A DNA stretch of 54,065 nucleotides, the filler included, from Dimargaris cristalligena (taxonomy: Eukaryota), in NCBI GenBank assembly GCA_003614675.1. It is 2 parts of 2 records of this genome, joined end to end, with 100 filler letters (N's around TTAATTAATTAA, not from the genome) between each part and the next. Parts side by side here need not be neighbours in the genome. Positions count along the whole stretch, not along the records: positions 1 to 26,983 come from ML002528.1; positions 27,084 to 54,065 come from ML002529.1. The stretch is one strand, 5' to 3'. A model generated the notes under the pieces. It saw only the letters and a list, made by a program, of their open reading frames with translations. It made no database searches and was not told where the DNA came from. Made by a program: the position numbers and the translations under genes. Positions 26,247 through 37,388 of the stretch are shown one piece after another. Within the stretch, counting starts at the first letter, position 1, and each line of letters opens with the position of its first letter.

Positions 26247-26983
26247 GGCCTATCCGCGCGACTCATATATTGGATCTTAATATGCCATGTCACCTTCCCT
26301 TGGCAAGACCCAGTCGATCCCCCGGTCGCTACCATTGGACTCCGCCCTTTATAATTAGCCACTGATCAGTCTACTCCTTTATCCTTTAGTATATAAATCA
26401 CCTACCCAGATTATTACGACCTATTATTCCCTTAGCCCACACTCACTTTAGTTTGTCCAATAAACACTTATACATTTACCCCTTTGATAGTAAGTGTGCA
26501 TCGGTGCTATTGATGATCGCGTGTCTATATTTTTATCACCTGTACTTGTTGAGTAAACGAGTATCGGTTAAGAATACTCCCGGTACTGTATTCAATATGG
26601 GCCTACTCACTCGGAATCTTTACAGACTGAGGGGGGTTGGCCCATACGACAAAGACCTTGGGCTGTCGATTATCCCGGTTTTCGGCAAGACATTTCCTTC
26701 TCCCAGTAGCGGAATTCCATATACTGTTTGGGTGTACTATGATAAATCCATATACATTGTTTAAGTTTCTTTTTACGTATTAACACAGTGGCGGGTACAT
26801 AACCAATGAATTTGTTCAACTGGGTTATATCAGATGAAGTAGAGTTTTATTTAATGTGAATCTCAGGCAGGCGACCTTTTGGTCATAAATGCTATCCACA
26901 GGGAACATGATAATGGGTACTTTGGTCAAAAACCCTCAAAAGCTACAGATATAGAGGGAAAGGACAGGAGGTAGAATAAAGAA

Positions 26984-27083
26984 NNNNNNNNNNNNNNNNN
27001 NNNNNNNNNNNNNNNNNNNNNNNNNNNTTAATTAATTAANNNNNNNNNNNNNNNNNNNNNNNNNNNNNNNNNNNNNNNNNNNN
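26984..27083. other. Artificial contig-joining spacer or assembly gap
   Basis: 44 N + TTAATTAATTAA (27028-27039, stop codons in all six frames) + 44 N, exactly 100 nt. Confidence 0.95.
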
Positions 27084-27599
27084 GGGATTTTATACTTCAA
27101 GTTGTGGTTGCCAAGGACCGACCTTTTGAGTTTCCAAACAAGTATTTTTTATATTGGATTACTTTGGTTAAAAACTTTATAAAGTTGGTTTTATTAATAT
27201 TTTCATTTAAGTGACAAACCAGTTTACCTGGAGAAGCCACCCTGCCCTTTTGATATATTTTTGTTGTTTATTTTAGTGGCCTGACACTACCACACTGTGA
27301 CACTGGAGGCTGGTTATTCCCAAGCCCTATTCATAAAGGATTGTCAATAGCATAAAAGTGGTAATATGAGGTCATCAATTGTCATAGTTTTAAAATCATC
27401 ATTGACTTTGATGACCTATAACTTTGTCAATAATGGACGGAAAAGCAAATGGAAGTATGATTTGGAAAGCTGAAGGAAAAGAAAATCAAAGTAAAAATTC
27501 ATGTAGAAAGAATAGGTTAAAAGGGAAGGGAAAAAAACTGGATATACTAGACAAAAAAGCCACTTCATACCTTGTATATAAATATAACTGTCAAATAGT

Positions 27600-28160
27600 A
27601 ATAATTTGTAGCTGTGGCAATCAAGGGGACACTCCACCTTGCCACAGTGGCAACTTCCCCTAAGGCCACCTCGGTCTCAACCCCCCCAAACCCAGCAAAG
27701 TCCAACATTCCACATTACATGATAAAATATGACAAGCCATCTAGTGGAAAGAAACCAGAGGTTCCCCCTCCTGCCAACTCTCCCAAAGGCATGCCAATGG
27801 AGTCCCTCAAATTGTTAGCAACACACATACATATAGGTAAAGAAATAACAAACTGGTCTATGGCCTAGAGGTAGATTTATGGGGAAGGATGGTGCCAAGA
27901 GTGGTACCCAAGAATGCCAATGGTAGCACAGCAGAGTGGATAATATATCACACTGGAGACTAGTGCAACCCCAAGGCAAGGCAGAACACCCAACTGTAGA
28001 ATGGCTAGGACATCTGGCCAATGAAATTGTCCAGCTCATCCCTCCCCTCACATCTGCCTCCACTGGGCAAGTGGTGAACAGCAGTCACCCAAGCCAATAG
28101 ACAACCAACTGAGTAGTATATAATGAATAGACATGACATAATCTTGACTCCTTAAGTTTT
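27600..28160 (+). mobile_element. Degenerate CpG-depleted coding relic, possibly a GCR1_C-domain (Crypton-like) fragment
   Basis: Only about 3 CpG in 27084-28200, with abundant TG/CA. With frameshifts and CpG back-mutation the relic reads W-YGLEG...YGEGW(R)-KSGTQE(R)QW...WII, reminiscent of GCR1_C. Contains stops and frameshifts. Confidence 0.3.
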
Positions 28161-28757
28161 GATTTAATAACCAATAAATAACTTTAAAAGCTTTCTTGTC
28201 CAACTCGGTGTCTTGTTATTTTGTCAAATCCTTCTTCCCTCCTTTGGAAACTTGGTTGATCCACAGGTCCCACTTGACCTAAACCGTTACACTAGTTTAT
28301 CCCCCTTTTTGTCCAAACATCCTGAGTTTTTTGAAGTACATCGTTCCTCATATTCCACCAACTAGTCTATAGTAAAACCCTTATAGTTTTTATGCAATTT
28401 TTTTATTTTCAAGTGCCAAGGGCAGAGGCTGTGAAACTTTCGTTGCAACAGCTGTACTCTATTATTCTACACTGAGACAATATAAATGCAAGGGGGGGGT
28501 AGGGTGTCACTTTGTCACCATGATTGGCAAAGCTGTTCTTTAGTTTGCATGCAACAACCAAGCAACCTTGTGTAAAATTTTAGAGAAGAAAAAATCAATA
28601 AATAGGTACTCAAACTCAGTCGGCCGTGGCAGACCCATTTTTTTAGTCAGCAAAAAGAAGCCTTTGGTGTTTATCGTTGGTAAAAAACAAAGCAAACCTG
28701 AAGGCCAGCGACCTCTATAATCCCTCAATAGCTAAATTCCGATGCGCTAAATACTTT

Positions 28758-28902
28758 ATATGGGTGACATACGACCCAATTGTAAAAGATTTAAATGATA
28801 TAAGAATGTGAAAATATGCGGGATATTTATTACCAACCAGTTGTGTTTGACTTATCCAACAGGTTCTTCGTTATACAGCCTGGTTGAACTTCTCTCATAA
28901 TA
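28758..28902 (+). repeat. Diverged dispersed repeat, copy 1 (about 145 bp)
   Basis: Aligns with 32666-32811 through shared blocks atatgggtga, gaaaat, gggatatttatt, caaccagt, ttatacagcct and ttgaact. Confidence 0.75.
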
Positions 28903-29759
28903 ACAAGTCGGTTTGGACATAATGTATGGCACTATTTGGTGGGGTTAATGCCAATGACTGAGCTGGACTGGGTATCTGGGAACCACCATGGCAGCTATTG
29001 TTAGGGAGTGCTTAGTGCTGCTTGGTTCATCAAGAAATAACATGTCGCTTAAGTTTCTTTGGAATATACACACCCCATTTCCCCCAAACATCGACCAATA
29101 TTGTAGGACGCCCTCAGGGATTAGTCTGTATTGAAATTTCGCTGTAGAACCAATTAAGATGTTGGGATCAAGTTGAAAATTGTCGTGGCTTATGCATTAT
29201 AGATTCACAGACCTGGAAACACCCCTGCGAAAGGCGGCCCCAGTTTAAGTTGACCCTCCTGCTGCGAGTAGTGGTTGCACATGATGCCCCCCATTGCTGC
29301 CCTAGCCTTGCTACGGCGGACTTATTGTTATATAGTAGTACCAATTATGGAAATAGTGGCTTGTAAAAGAATATACATCCATACCCAACTTCTATTACTT
29401 TCTGATACTTCGAAAACGGTCTAATGTTGGGGTGGGTCTTGTCCATTCGGCAAATAAAGGTCGCACAACTTAGTCATTGTATTACCGCCCTGGGCGAGTC
29501 ACCCAGGGTTATAGAAAGCCGCCAGTTTGCTCATTTCTTGTTGTTTTTTTCATTCAGGACTGAAGTGGTACCCAGCTTTCACAGCCTCGCCTGGATAATA
29601 CACATCCCCTTTATCATAAATGAACATATATATAAAGGTACTTTCCATCCCATCCCATTACTATCTTTAATTTTGGATGAATTTTTCGCTAGTTTGCTTT
29701 AGCTGATTGTTTATTACACTGTCCCTTATATTGCCACCACTAAGCTCACCTCCCTTACC

Positions 29760-31420
29760 ATGAGAAGCCCCATTCTGTTCTTGAGCGCTCCATTGGTCCA
29801 CCTTAGCCTATCTGTATCGGCCAAACCTGTCTTCGATCCCTCGGAAAAACTGCCAAAAGAGCTCCGCACTTGGGTATTAGAAATCCTTCCACTCCCTGAT
29901 CAAGTAGCGGCCGCGAACGTCAACCACGCATGGCGGGCCAAAATTTTGGAGAAACCCAAACGATTAAATATGATAGTAAGTATATAATTATATTATATGG
30001 TTTATCATTATCCAAACCTCAGGCTCATTCAGCTATTGAGCCTCCTAAGCATATGGCTGTAGGCCACTCTTTTTAAGAGCATGTCACTCCCCGCGTATGG
30101 TATACAGGCCAGCAGAAACCAAGTCTCTAGTACTAACTTGTATAACTATTGTAATGACACTGTTTAATTATTCAAACTACGAAAAACAATTTCGATTAGG
30201 CTGAAAGCGAGTTTTTAGCTAACCCTCTCAGTTACTACAGCTCGGATATCAGTGACAGCGAGGCTGATAAAAAATTTATGGACTTTAGTCCGCTCATTGG
30301 CAATCTTGTCCGATCGATTGTCGTCCAATCCATCCACTTAGCCCTTTTCTCCCTTCACTTAGATAAGCTGGGGAATCCTATTACTCGTGGCCTATTGTGG
30401 AACCATCCCGGAGCCGAACTCCCCATCTTTAAAGAAGCGATCCAGACTTTCAGGCCGGAGCTCGAATGGCTCAACAAAAGCGCCCACACTCTGAAGGTTA
30501 ACGAAGGCTCCGCTGAAGTGTTTGATACATTTTTCCCTATTCTGGGTAAGATCCGAACTGGCGATTCCGCCAATTTTGCCCCAATGATAAAGTACGTGTT
30601 TAGTGATACTTTTACTGAAGCCATGTATCGCCAGTTGGAGCACTGGGTGCCGTCAAGCTACGTCAACTTCCTAGCTATTCTTACATTCGTCCTAAATACC
30701 AGGTTTATTGCCCGGTCTGAAGTTGACCATATGCCCGAAATTGTTGCACTTAAAGTGCCGGAGCTTATCAAACGCAGCCTAAAAAATACATTGAACCAAG
30801 CGATCGGTCCTCTAGTGGTGCAAACCAGCGACTTTCAACGGATCATCGATATCGGCCAAGTGATCAAAGTCACGAATTTAGAAATTTCCAAAAATACAAT
30901 GCGTAGGGGTTTGCGTTCAGAAGAAAGGATGAATATGCCCCCAATGGACTCAATACCCTCCGGGCGGATTTCTTTCCCGACATTGATCAATACAGCCATT
31001 TTAATCGCTGAAATTCAGAAAAGACGCTCACTCGTCGAAGCCCTTTCGGACCCCGAGTTTGAGGGTATGCCCCAAGATATTCTAGGCTACTGTGCCGTTA
31101 AAGCCGGCATTATCAAACGCACTCTTTGCCCGAAAAATTGGCTCACCCCTAGTATGGAACGTCTCATCGACCAGCTGAAGGTATCGGAGGGTGATTTTCC
31201 TCAAAGTTGCGTCAGCCTTTTCCTTGAGAACGGCTTATCCGTTTTCCTGGATACTGACGGTGATGCCTCAGTTCGATTCTACCCGTTTAACACTAAATCC
31301 CCTGAACTAAAAATCCCCAATGACCTTTCAACTAACCCCGTTGTATTTGGGGTTGTACCTGCTATTAATGTAGAACCAGGTGATATAGTTGGCGAGGCAC
31401 CGCCTGGATTCCAACTTTAA
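29760..31420 (+). CDS. Secreted protein with an N-terminal F-box-like motif and an orphan C-terminal domain
   Basis: Exons 29760-29975 and 30200-31420; intron GTAAGT...TACTAAC(30131)...TAG, phase 0; 478 aa. This joins two ORFs from the track. Signal peptide MRSPILFLSAPLVHLSLSVSA|KP; residues 31-59 LPKELRTWVLEILPLPDQVAAANVNHAWR fit the F-box pattern. Confidence 0.75.
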
Positions 31421-32665
31421 GGAGTCTATTATTGGGCGTGATATGTTTACCTTTATATATTTTTACGGCACTATTATTTGCAATAAATTACAGCTTAAAG
31501 GTGGTTGTATTCATGTTTAGTCCCCGAAATATAAAATTCTCAACCCCATTTCCGCATCTCGAGAATGAACGGGGCCAACTTACATTCCCCATTACCGGTT
31601 GTCAATTGGAGTTTGGTCCTAATACCACATCAACACTACCCTGAATTGGTTTACCAGAATAGATAAGAATGGAGGAGTACACCTATTTGTCGATTAGTTC
31701 ATTAACGGGATGCTTGAGAATAGCAAATGCAAGCAATCCCAATGGAAGAAATTGGCCAAACAAGCCGGGACTTTGAATTATTCCTGAATATTGATTAAAG
31801 GATTGTATGAGAACTGATTCAAAGATCAGCCGGCAGTTACCTTTCCAGTCACCATTGTCGTAGGGGAGAATCATAGTAAACACAGGAATTCCTATGCATA
31901 GAAAAAGTAAGCTTTGGGGATGTTCATAATAAGGCTACAAACAGCGATTTATAAATAAAATTAATTCCGGATACCAATGTACAGTATAGTCGACTTCAGA
32001 AGGGGATATCAAATAATTGGGCAATGATCTGTGTGATAATTGTACGAAATTGCTAGGATTTAAAAAGACTGGTGGGCGATGGATATTGGCACAGATCGAA
32101 CAAGGAAGGCGTTAGTGGATATTGCTGAGTGGTATAATGTCAATATGGCAAATAACGGAGTTGGGATAATCAGTAGGGAGGCAAAATATAAGAATAGTGA
32201 AACAATACTGGCTAAACAGAGGTAATGTAGTGCTACCCGGAGGTTGAAACTTATCCCCGGACTATGGATAGCCAGTCCTCATTGTCAGAGGGCGGAATAT
32301 GCCGCGATATACAATGACGGTATCATTCCCGTCATTTTCCCACAAAAAATACCGCCTTTACTGTGGCATACATAATGAGACGGGGTCCCCCCTTTTAGAG
32401 GGGACCCCGCCTTTATTGCCCAAAGATAATAGTTCAATATAAGGGTGGTCGGCCTTGCAGACCGCCCCCCTTTTTCTCCTTATCTTTTCTCTTTTTTCGT
32501 TGGGGTTCTCCCACCCTCACCTCTTACCCCACGCCTGCACTCTCCCTTTACTGCGCGCGGGTTTTCTCTTTTAGCCATATCTCTGCGACCAGTTTACTGG
32601 TCCCCCTCTATTATGTATCGAAATTAGTTCAATAAATTGTCGTGCAGGCAATAAAAAACAACAAA

Positions 32666-32811
32666 ATATGGGTGAAGTTCAGCTCAGTTGCATAAGGTTT
32701 TAACTGTTATGCGTATGGGAAAATCGGTGGGATATTTATTTTCAACCAGTAGTATTTACCTCACCAAATGGATTTTTCTTTATACAGCCTAATTGAACTA
32801 CTCCCATATTA
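32666..32811 (+). repeat. Diverged dispersed repeat, copy 2 (about 145 bp)
   Basis: Direct-orientation partner of 28758-28902. Confidence 0.75.
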
Positions 32812-32877
32812 TCTATTTCTTTATACTCGCGGTTTACATTTAAAAGTCCACTGTTCTTTCTTGCATTAAAAGTCCGA

Positions 32878-34115
32878 CCTATTTTTCAGTGGATTCCTTA
32901 TTATTTTATCTCATTCTATTCTTGACCTTTTTCTGTACATCCTTTTCCTGCAGAAAAGCACATGTCCCAAGGGGTATATTATTAATATTACCTATTTCTG
33001 ACTAACTATGCTAGTTTATTTAGTTACTATATGTTCTTTCATTTTTAATCACTTAAAATACCCCCCATAGACTAAAATAATCAACAAATCTAGCTATCCA
33101 GAGATGTCTGTCATCCTTTAGCTATTTTTTCCCCTATCTCTCCAATTTTATTGATACTCCTATAGTATTTCTAACAGTAATTCCATCACTTACTGATCAC
33201 AATAGCCCCTATACAGTGCCTAGTTCCAGTAAAATGGGGCTATATGATTTGGGCCACATAAGTTTATATCTTAAATATGCAAATGATGTACTGGACCTCA
33301 GTTCTTCTTACTTAACCATGTTCCCCAGTAATAGTACATATATATAATATATTTAAATATTCCTTAATAGATATTGTAGGTTATCAGATTGTCTAATCCA
33401 CCTTAATCCAGCTAGCTTAGTATCCAACTATATTAGGCCTTATAATGCTATATTAGCTTTCTTATAGTCATTCCCAGTACTATGGGATCATCCCTTATTA
33501 TATAACCCTCCCCCTAGCTAGACTCTGCTTATTTACACTAATCACCCAATTACTGATCTAAAGACTCTTCTGGTTACCATCAGGTCCCCAAGATCCAAAC
33601 AGCTGTCTGGTTGGCCTATTTACCTATATCTTAGTCTTAGTAGTATCCTTACCTTAGGAACTCCCTCTAGAGTTGTCCCTGTATATATATAACTGGGTCC
33701 CATTAGGACCAGTTAGTTTCCTTAGCTTATTCTTACCCCCTGGTTTACCTCTAATAAACTCTATATATACTTACCTTCTTATACCTAACTAGTAGGTATA
33801 GCCACTGCATATCCCTTACCTATACCTGCATTAAGGCCTTCATTAGTTATCACTATACCCCTACCTAATACTAATGACCTACTTAGCTAAGCCTGAGCCC
33901 CATCTATTATTAGAAGCCTAACCTCAGGACTCTTAATAGACTATGAGTAGTTAACCCAGGTAATATAGGTATTTTATTTTACATATTTTTTTTCCCCTGC
34001 CTATACTAAAGTGTATTTCCCTTATTAAGAACTACTCACTATGATCCAGAAGATTCTTCTGTGATTTCCAATAACCTAACACATCTTCTACTGACTAGAA
34101 ATTAGGGTACCCTAG
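32878..34115 (-). mobile_element. Hypermutated transposon relic, probably the gag-protease region of an LTR retrotransposon
   Basis: No CpG in about 1.24 kb, dense TA/TAG/CTA, no ORFs. The minus strand retains TTG GAT ACT aa GCT AGC (LDT[G]AS-like, about 33411-33427) and CCC ATT TTA CTG GAA CTA (PILL[G]L-like, 33221-33238), about 60 codons apart, which is retropepsin spacing. Confidence 0.5.
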
Positions 34116-35276
34116 CGATAAAAGCTTTTTAATGTACTAGCTGAATATTTAAATACTAGTCATCCCTATACAAACTACCTCATTCTATTATATTAGATGT
34201 TATATTCGAAATATTCTCAAGTTTGAGTCTAGCTGTGCTCAAACCTAGGTTGCATGATCATTCATTATGATGCTATTAGGATGGAGCTGTAGATATTACA
34301 CAAAGAGCTTTTTTAGATTGCTGATACTAGTTGCCAAATTGCCAAATAATAACTAGTTGTTTATCCTACCAATTGAGAATTATATTATAGAGACACCTAC
34401 TCATTTCCACTGCCTCTCCTGCTTCGGTGAGCATTCCTTCAACAATCACCCATATTTTACCACATATTTCTTGGATTCATAATTGTGGCATATCCTTTCT
34501 GGCGAGTGTTCGGCTCTTAGATCAAAGTACTTTTCTATCTGGCCATTCTTGGGTCCAGGTAGGGTAATATAATTATTAGACCCAAGCCCGTCATCTGTCA
34601 TTCATCTGGGTATGGATCAGTGAACCAGTTATGCAGAAGATTTGCAAGCCGCTTGTCATGGTTGTTTTAATGGCCGATAAAAATACCACTACGCTCCCCA
34701 GTTCGTTGAACCAGCTCTAACATCAAGCCCGATATCCCTAAGTTGATTAAGGACCACTGATCAGTTGAAATCTTTAGGTAGGTACTGGCTACTCCACGGT
34801 AGAGTAATCCCGACCAAGTCATACATTATTTTAGTAGGGTTCCTAAACTACAGTACGGCCATTCCGTAATATAAACCCTAGTTACGATACTGACCCAGTA
34901 ATGAATATGTTATAATTTATTGATACTGGGATTAACACGGTGTAGTTCATGATACTCATCCCGGCTCCGCCATTGAAGGCAAGGTTATATAACCAGGGAA
35001 GAGTCTCATTGAAAAATGCGGGAATGCAAATAAGAAATGCGTAAATTTTTTAGGTAAGAGTCGTTCACTATAAGAAGCGGAGCCAAGTGGGGAATATATA
35101 TATTGGTAACATCTGGAATGAGGGGTGCGCCGTAAAAAAAACTGTTATTGCGAGCGAATAAGACGAAGTGGGTTATAAGAGAAACAATGAAGCGTGCTGG
35201 GTGAGTGACTAATATATGTATGTAATAATATAGAAGAAGGGAGGAAGAGGGCTCCAAAAAAAACGAGACCGCCAAC

Positions 35277-37388
35277 TTAGCAATTGGATGCACTACGTGG
35301 GCGGGCGTACGGATGGTGCCGTTGGCGAGAGGGTCGCTCACGGGTAGGTGAATGCTGAACCGATTTGACCACGGGTGTGACAGTTTTAGTAGTCGTAGTG
35401 GCAGTTGAGCGTGGCTGAAATGGACCCTGCGGGGGTTTCTTCTTCACCACCCCCACCCCCACCTTCACCGGCGGAGCTGCTACAGTTGATGATGGTGATG
35501 TCGATGATGGTGGTGACGAGTCGTCGGCGGATATGGCCGGGGTAACTAGGGCCCGGCCTTCAATGACCGCGTCAAAGATGGGTGGGGGGGAGAAGGTCGT
35601 TACGGGTGACGATGGAATAACCGCGGCCGAGATCCCAGTGCACCCGTCCGCTACTGGCCGACTGGGATCACTCTGCAGTAAGCAATTATGATGCAAGCGC
35701 TGAAGGGTTTCGATATCAGTCTGGATCCACGGGTGATTGAGGGCATCGTGTACGGTAGCCCGGCGCCGGGGATCGACCACCAACAGAGACTTGACCATGG
35801 AACGGGCCTCCTCGCTGATATCGCCCCAGTACACGGAGGGGAACGTCACAATACCGGCTTGGATCTCGCGGAACAGGAGGGTGTTATTGTCATCGTCACT
35901 CGAAAAGGGCAAGGTGCCGGAAAGGGCCGCATAAAGCAATACACCCAGGCTCCAACAGTCCACCATTTTGTTGTAGCCCTGGCAGGATTCGTCAGTGTCC
36001 TCGGGGCTCTTATTAACGGCAATCACCTCGGGTGCAATGTACTGGAAGGTTCCACACATGGTTTGCATAAACGACTTCTTACCTACGACGCGGGCCATAC
36101 CAAAATCAGTGAGCATGACCTGGGCGTAGGGTGAATTGGTCTTGAGCAGGACGTTCTCCGGTTTGACATCGCGGTGCGAAATGTTACGCTCGTGGAGGTA
36201 TTTGAGGGCGTGTAGGATTTGGAAGCAAATGAACTTGGCTTCGGCTTCGGGTAGCCGTTCCTGGTGCATGATGTACTCAAAGAGGTCACCGCCGGTTAGG
36301 AGGGGCATAAAGATATAGAGATACTTGGGGGTGCGGATGACATCAGTAACTTGGACGATGTTGGGGTGGGTAATGGACTGCATAATGTTGATTTCTTGGA
36401 CAAAGTCGGTTCCGCGCTGCTTGACCGAAATGGAGCCAAAGCGCTGGCGGTCAATGATCTTGGCAGCCAGCCGTTGGCCGGTGGTTTTGCAGATGGCCAG
36501 TTTGACCTGGGCAAAGGTGCCTGTGCCCAGTATCCGCTCGGTGATTTGGTACTTGGCATCCACGACCTCCTGGTCCTGGTGCAGTAGTGCGTCCTGACCC
36601 GGTCGCCGGTAAGTCTGTAAGAAGGTGAAGTAGTTACCCTTGTGGATTTCGAGGGTGTCTCCGTGGCTGAGGAGAACCGTCTTGCCCCGGCCGATCTTCT
36701 TGCGGTTTAGATAAGTGCCGTTGGAACTTAGATCCTCGCATGACACGTCGAAGTCTTCGGAACCGTCCAATGTGGCCTTTGCTGAAATACGACAATGAAG
36801 GTTGGAGCAGAAATCACCTTTGAGAATAACGTCGCATGATCGGTGGCGGCCAATGACCAGGGCTTGGCCCAGTTTGAGAGTGAACTCTAGTAAAGGTTGG
36901 TAAACGGCAGAGGGAGAGGGAGGACAATGATCGGAGCAACATGAGTTAGGCGGATATTTAATGAAAATAGATGGAGCACAGTCCGCCTCCCGCGCTAATT
37001 AATACAGGCGGGGTAGAGTTGGGCCAGTGCAAGCCGGCCTGCTCGGTCGTTTGGGAAGTGATTTGATCAGCCGACGAAAACCAGTTTGCCTATCAGGAAA
37101 CGGGCTATTTAATACAGTCCGTTTGAGTAATTGCGATCAATACAAACACCAGGGAGCACGCGCTTCTGGAGGGGGGCTATTGCTGCGGTATATTACCAAA
37201 TATATATATATATAGTAAGGCTTACCTTTGGACGGCTCACCTCCCCGACTGGCAATGAGTTTACCAATGACGCGTTCGCTGGTCGCAATGAAGGGCGTGG
37301 GTTCGGGCTGTTGTGACTCTTCTAGGATTTGGGTGGGCTGGGTGAACTCCGTGGTGTTGTCGAGAGGAGTCTCGATGGTCCAGGGCAT
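35277..37388 (-). CDS. FHA-domain Ser/Thr checkpoint kinase (Chk2/Cds1/Dun1/Mek1 family)
   Basis: Exons complement(37226-37388, 35277-36886), intron GTAAGC...CTAG, 590 aa. N-terminal TQ/SQ cluster (EFTQPTQILEESQQ); FHA (VIGRHRSCD...SNLHCRI...DLSSNGTYLN); kinase motifs GTGTFAQV, HRDVKPEN, DFG, MQTMCGT, APE, DCWSLG. Confidence 0.9.

Noticed and set aside
27028..27039. TTAATTAATTAA as a biological palindrome or piggyBac TTAA site
   Set aside because: Centred in a symmetric N run totalling 100 nt; an assembly linker.
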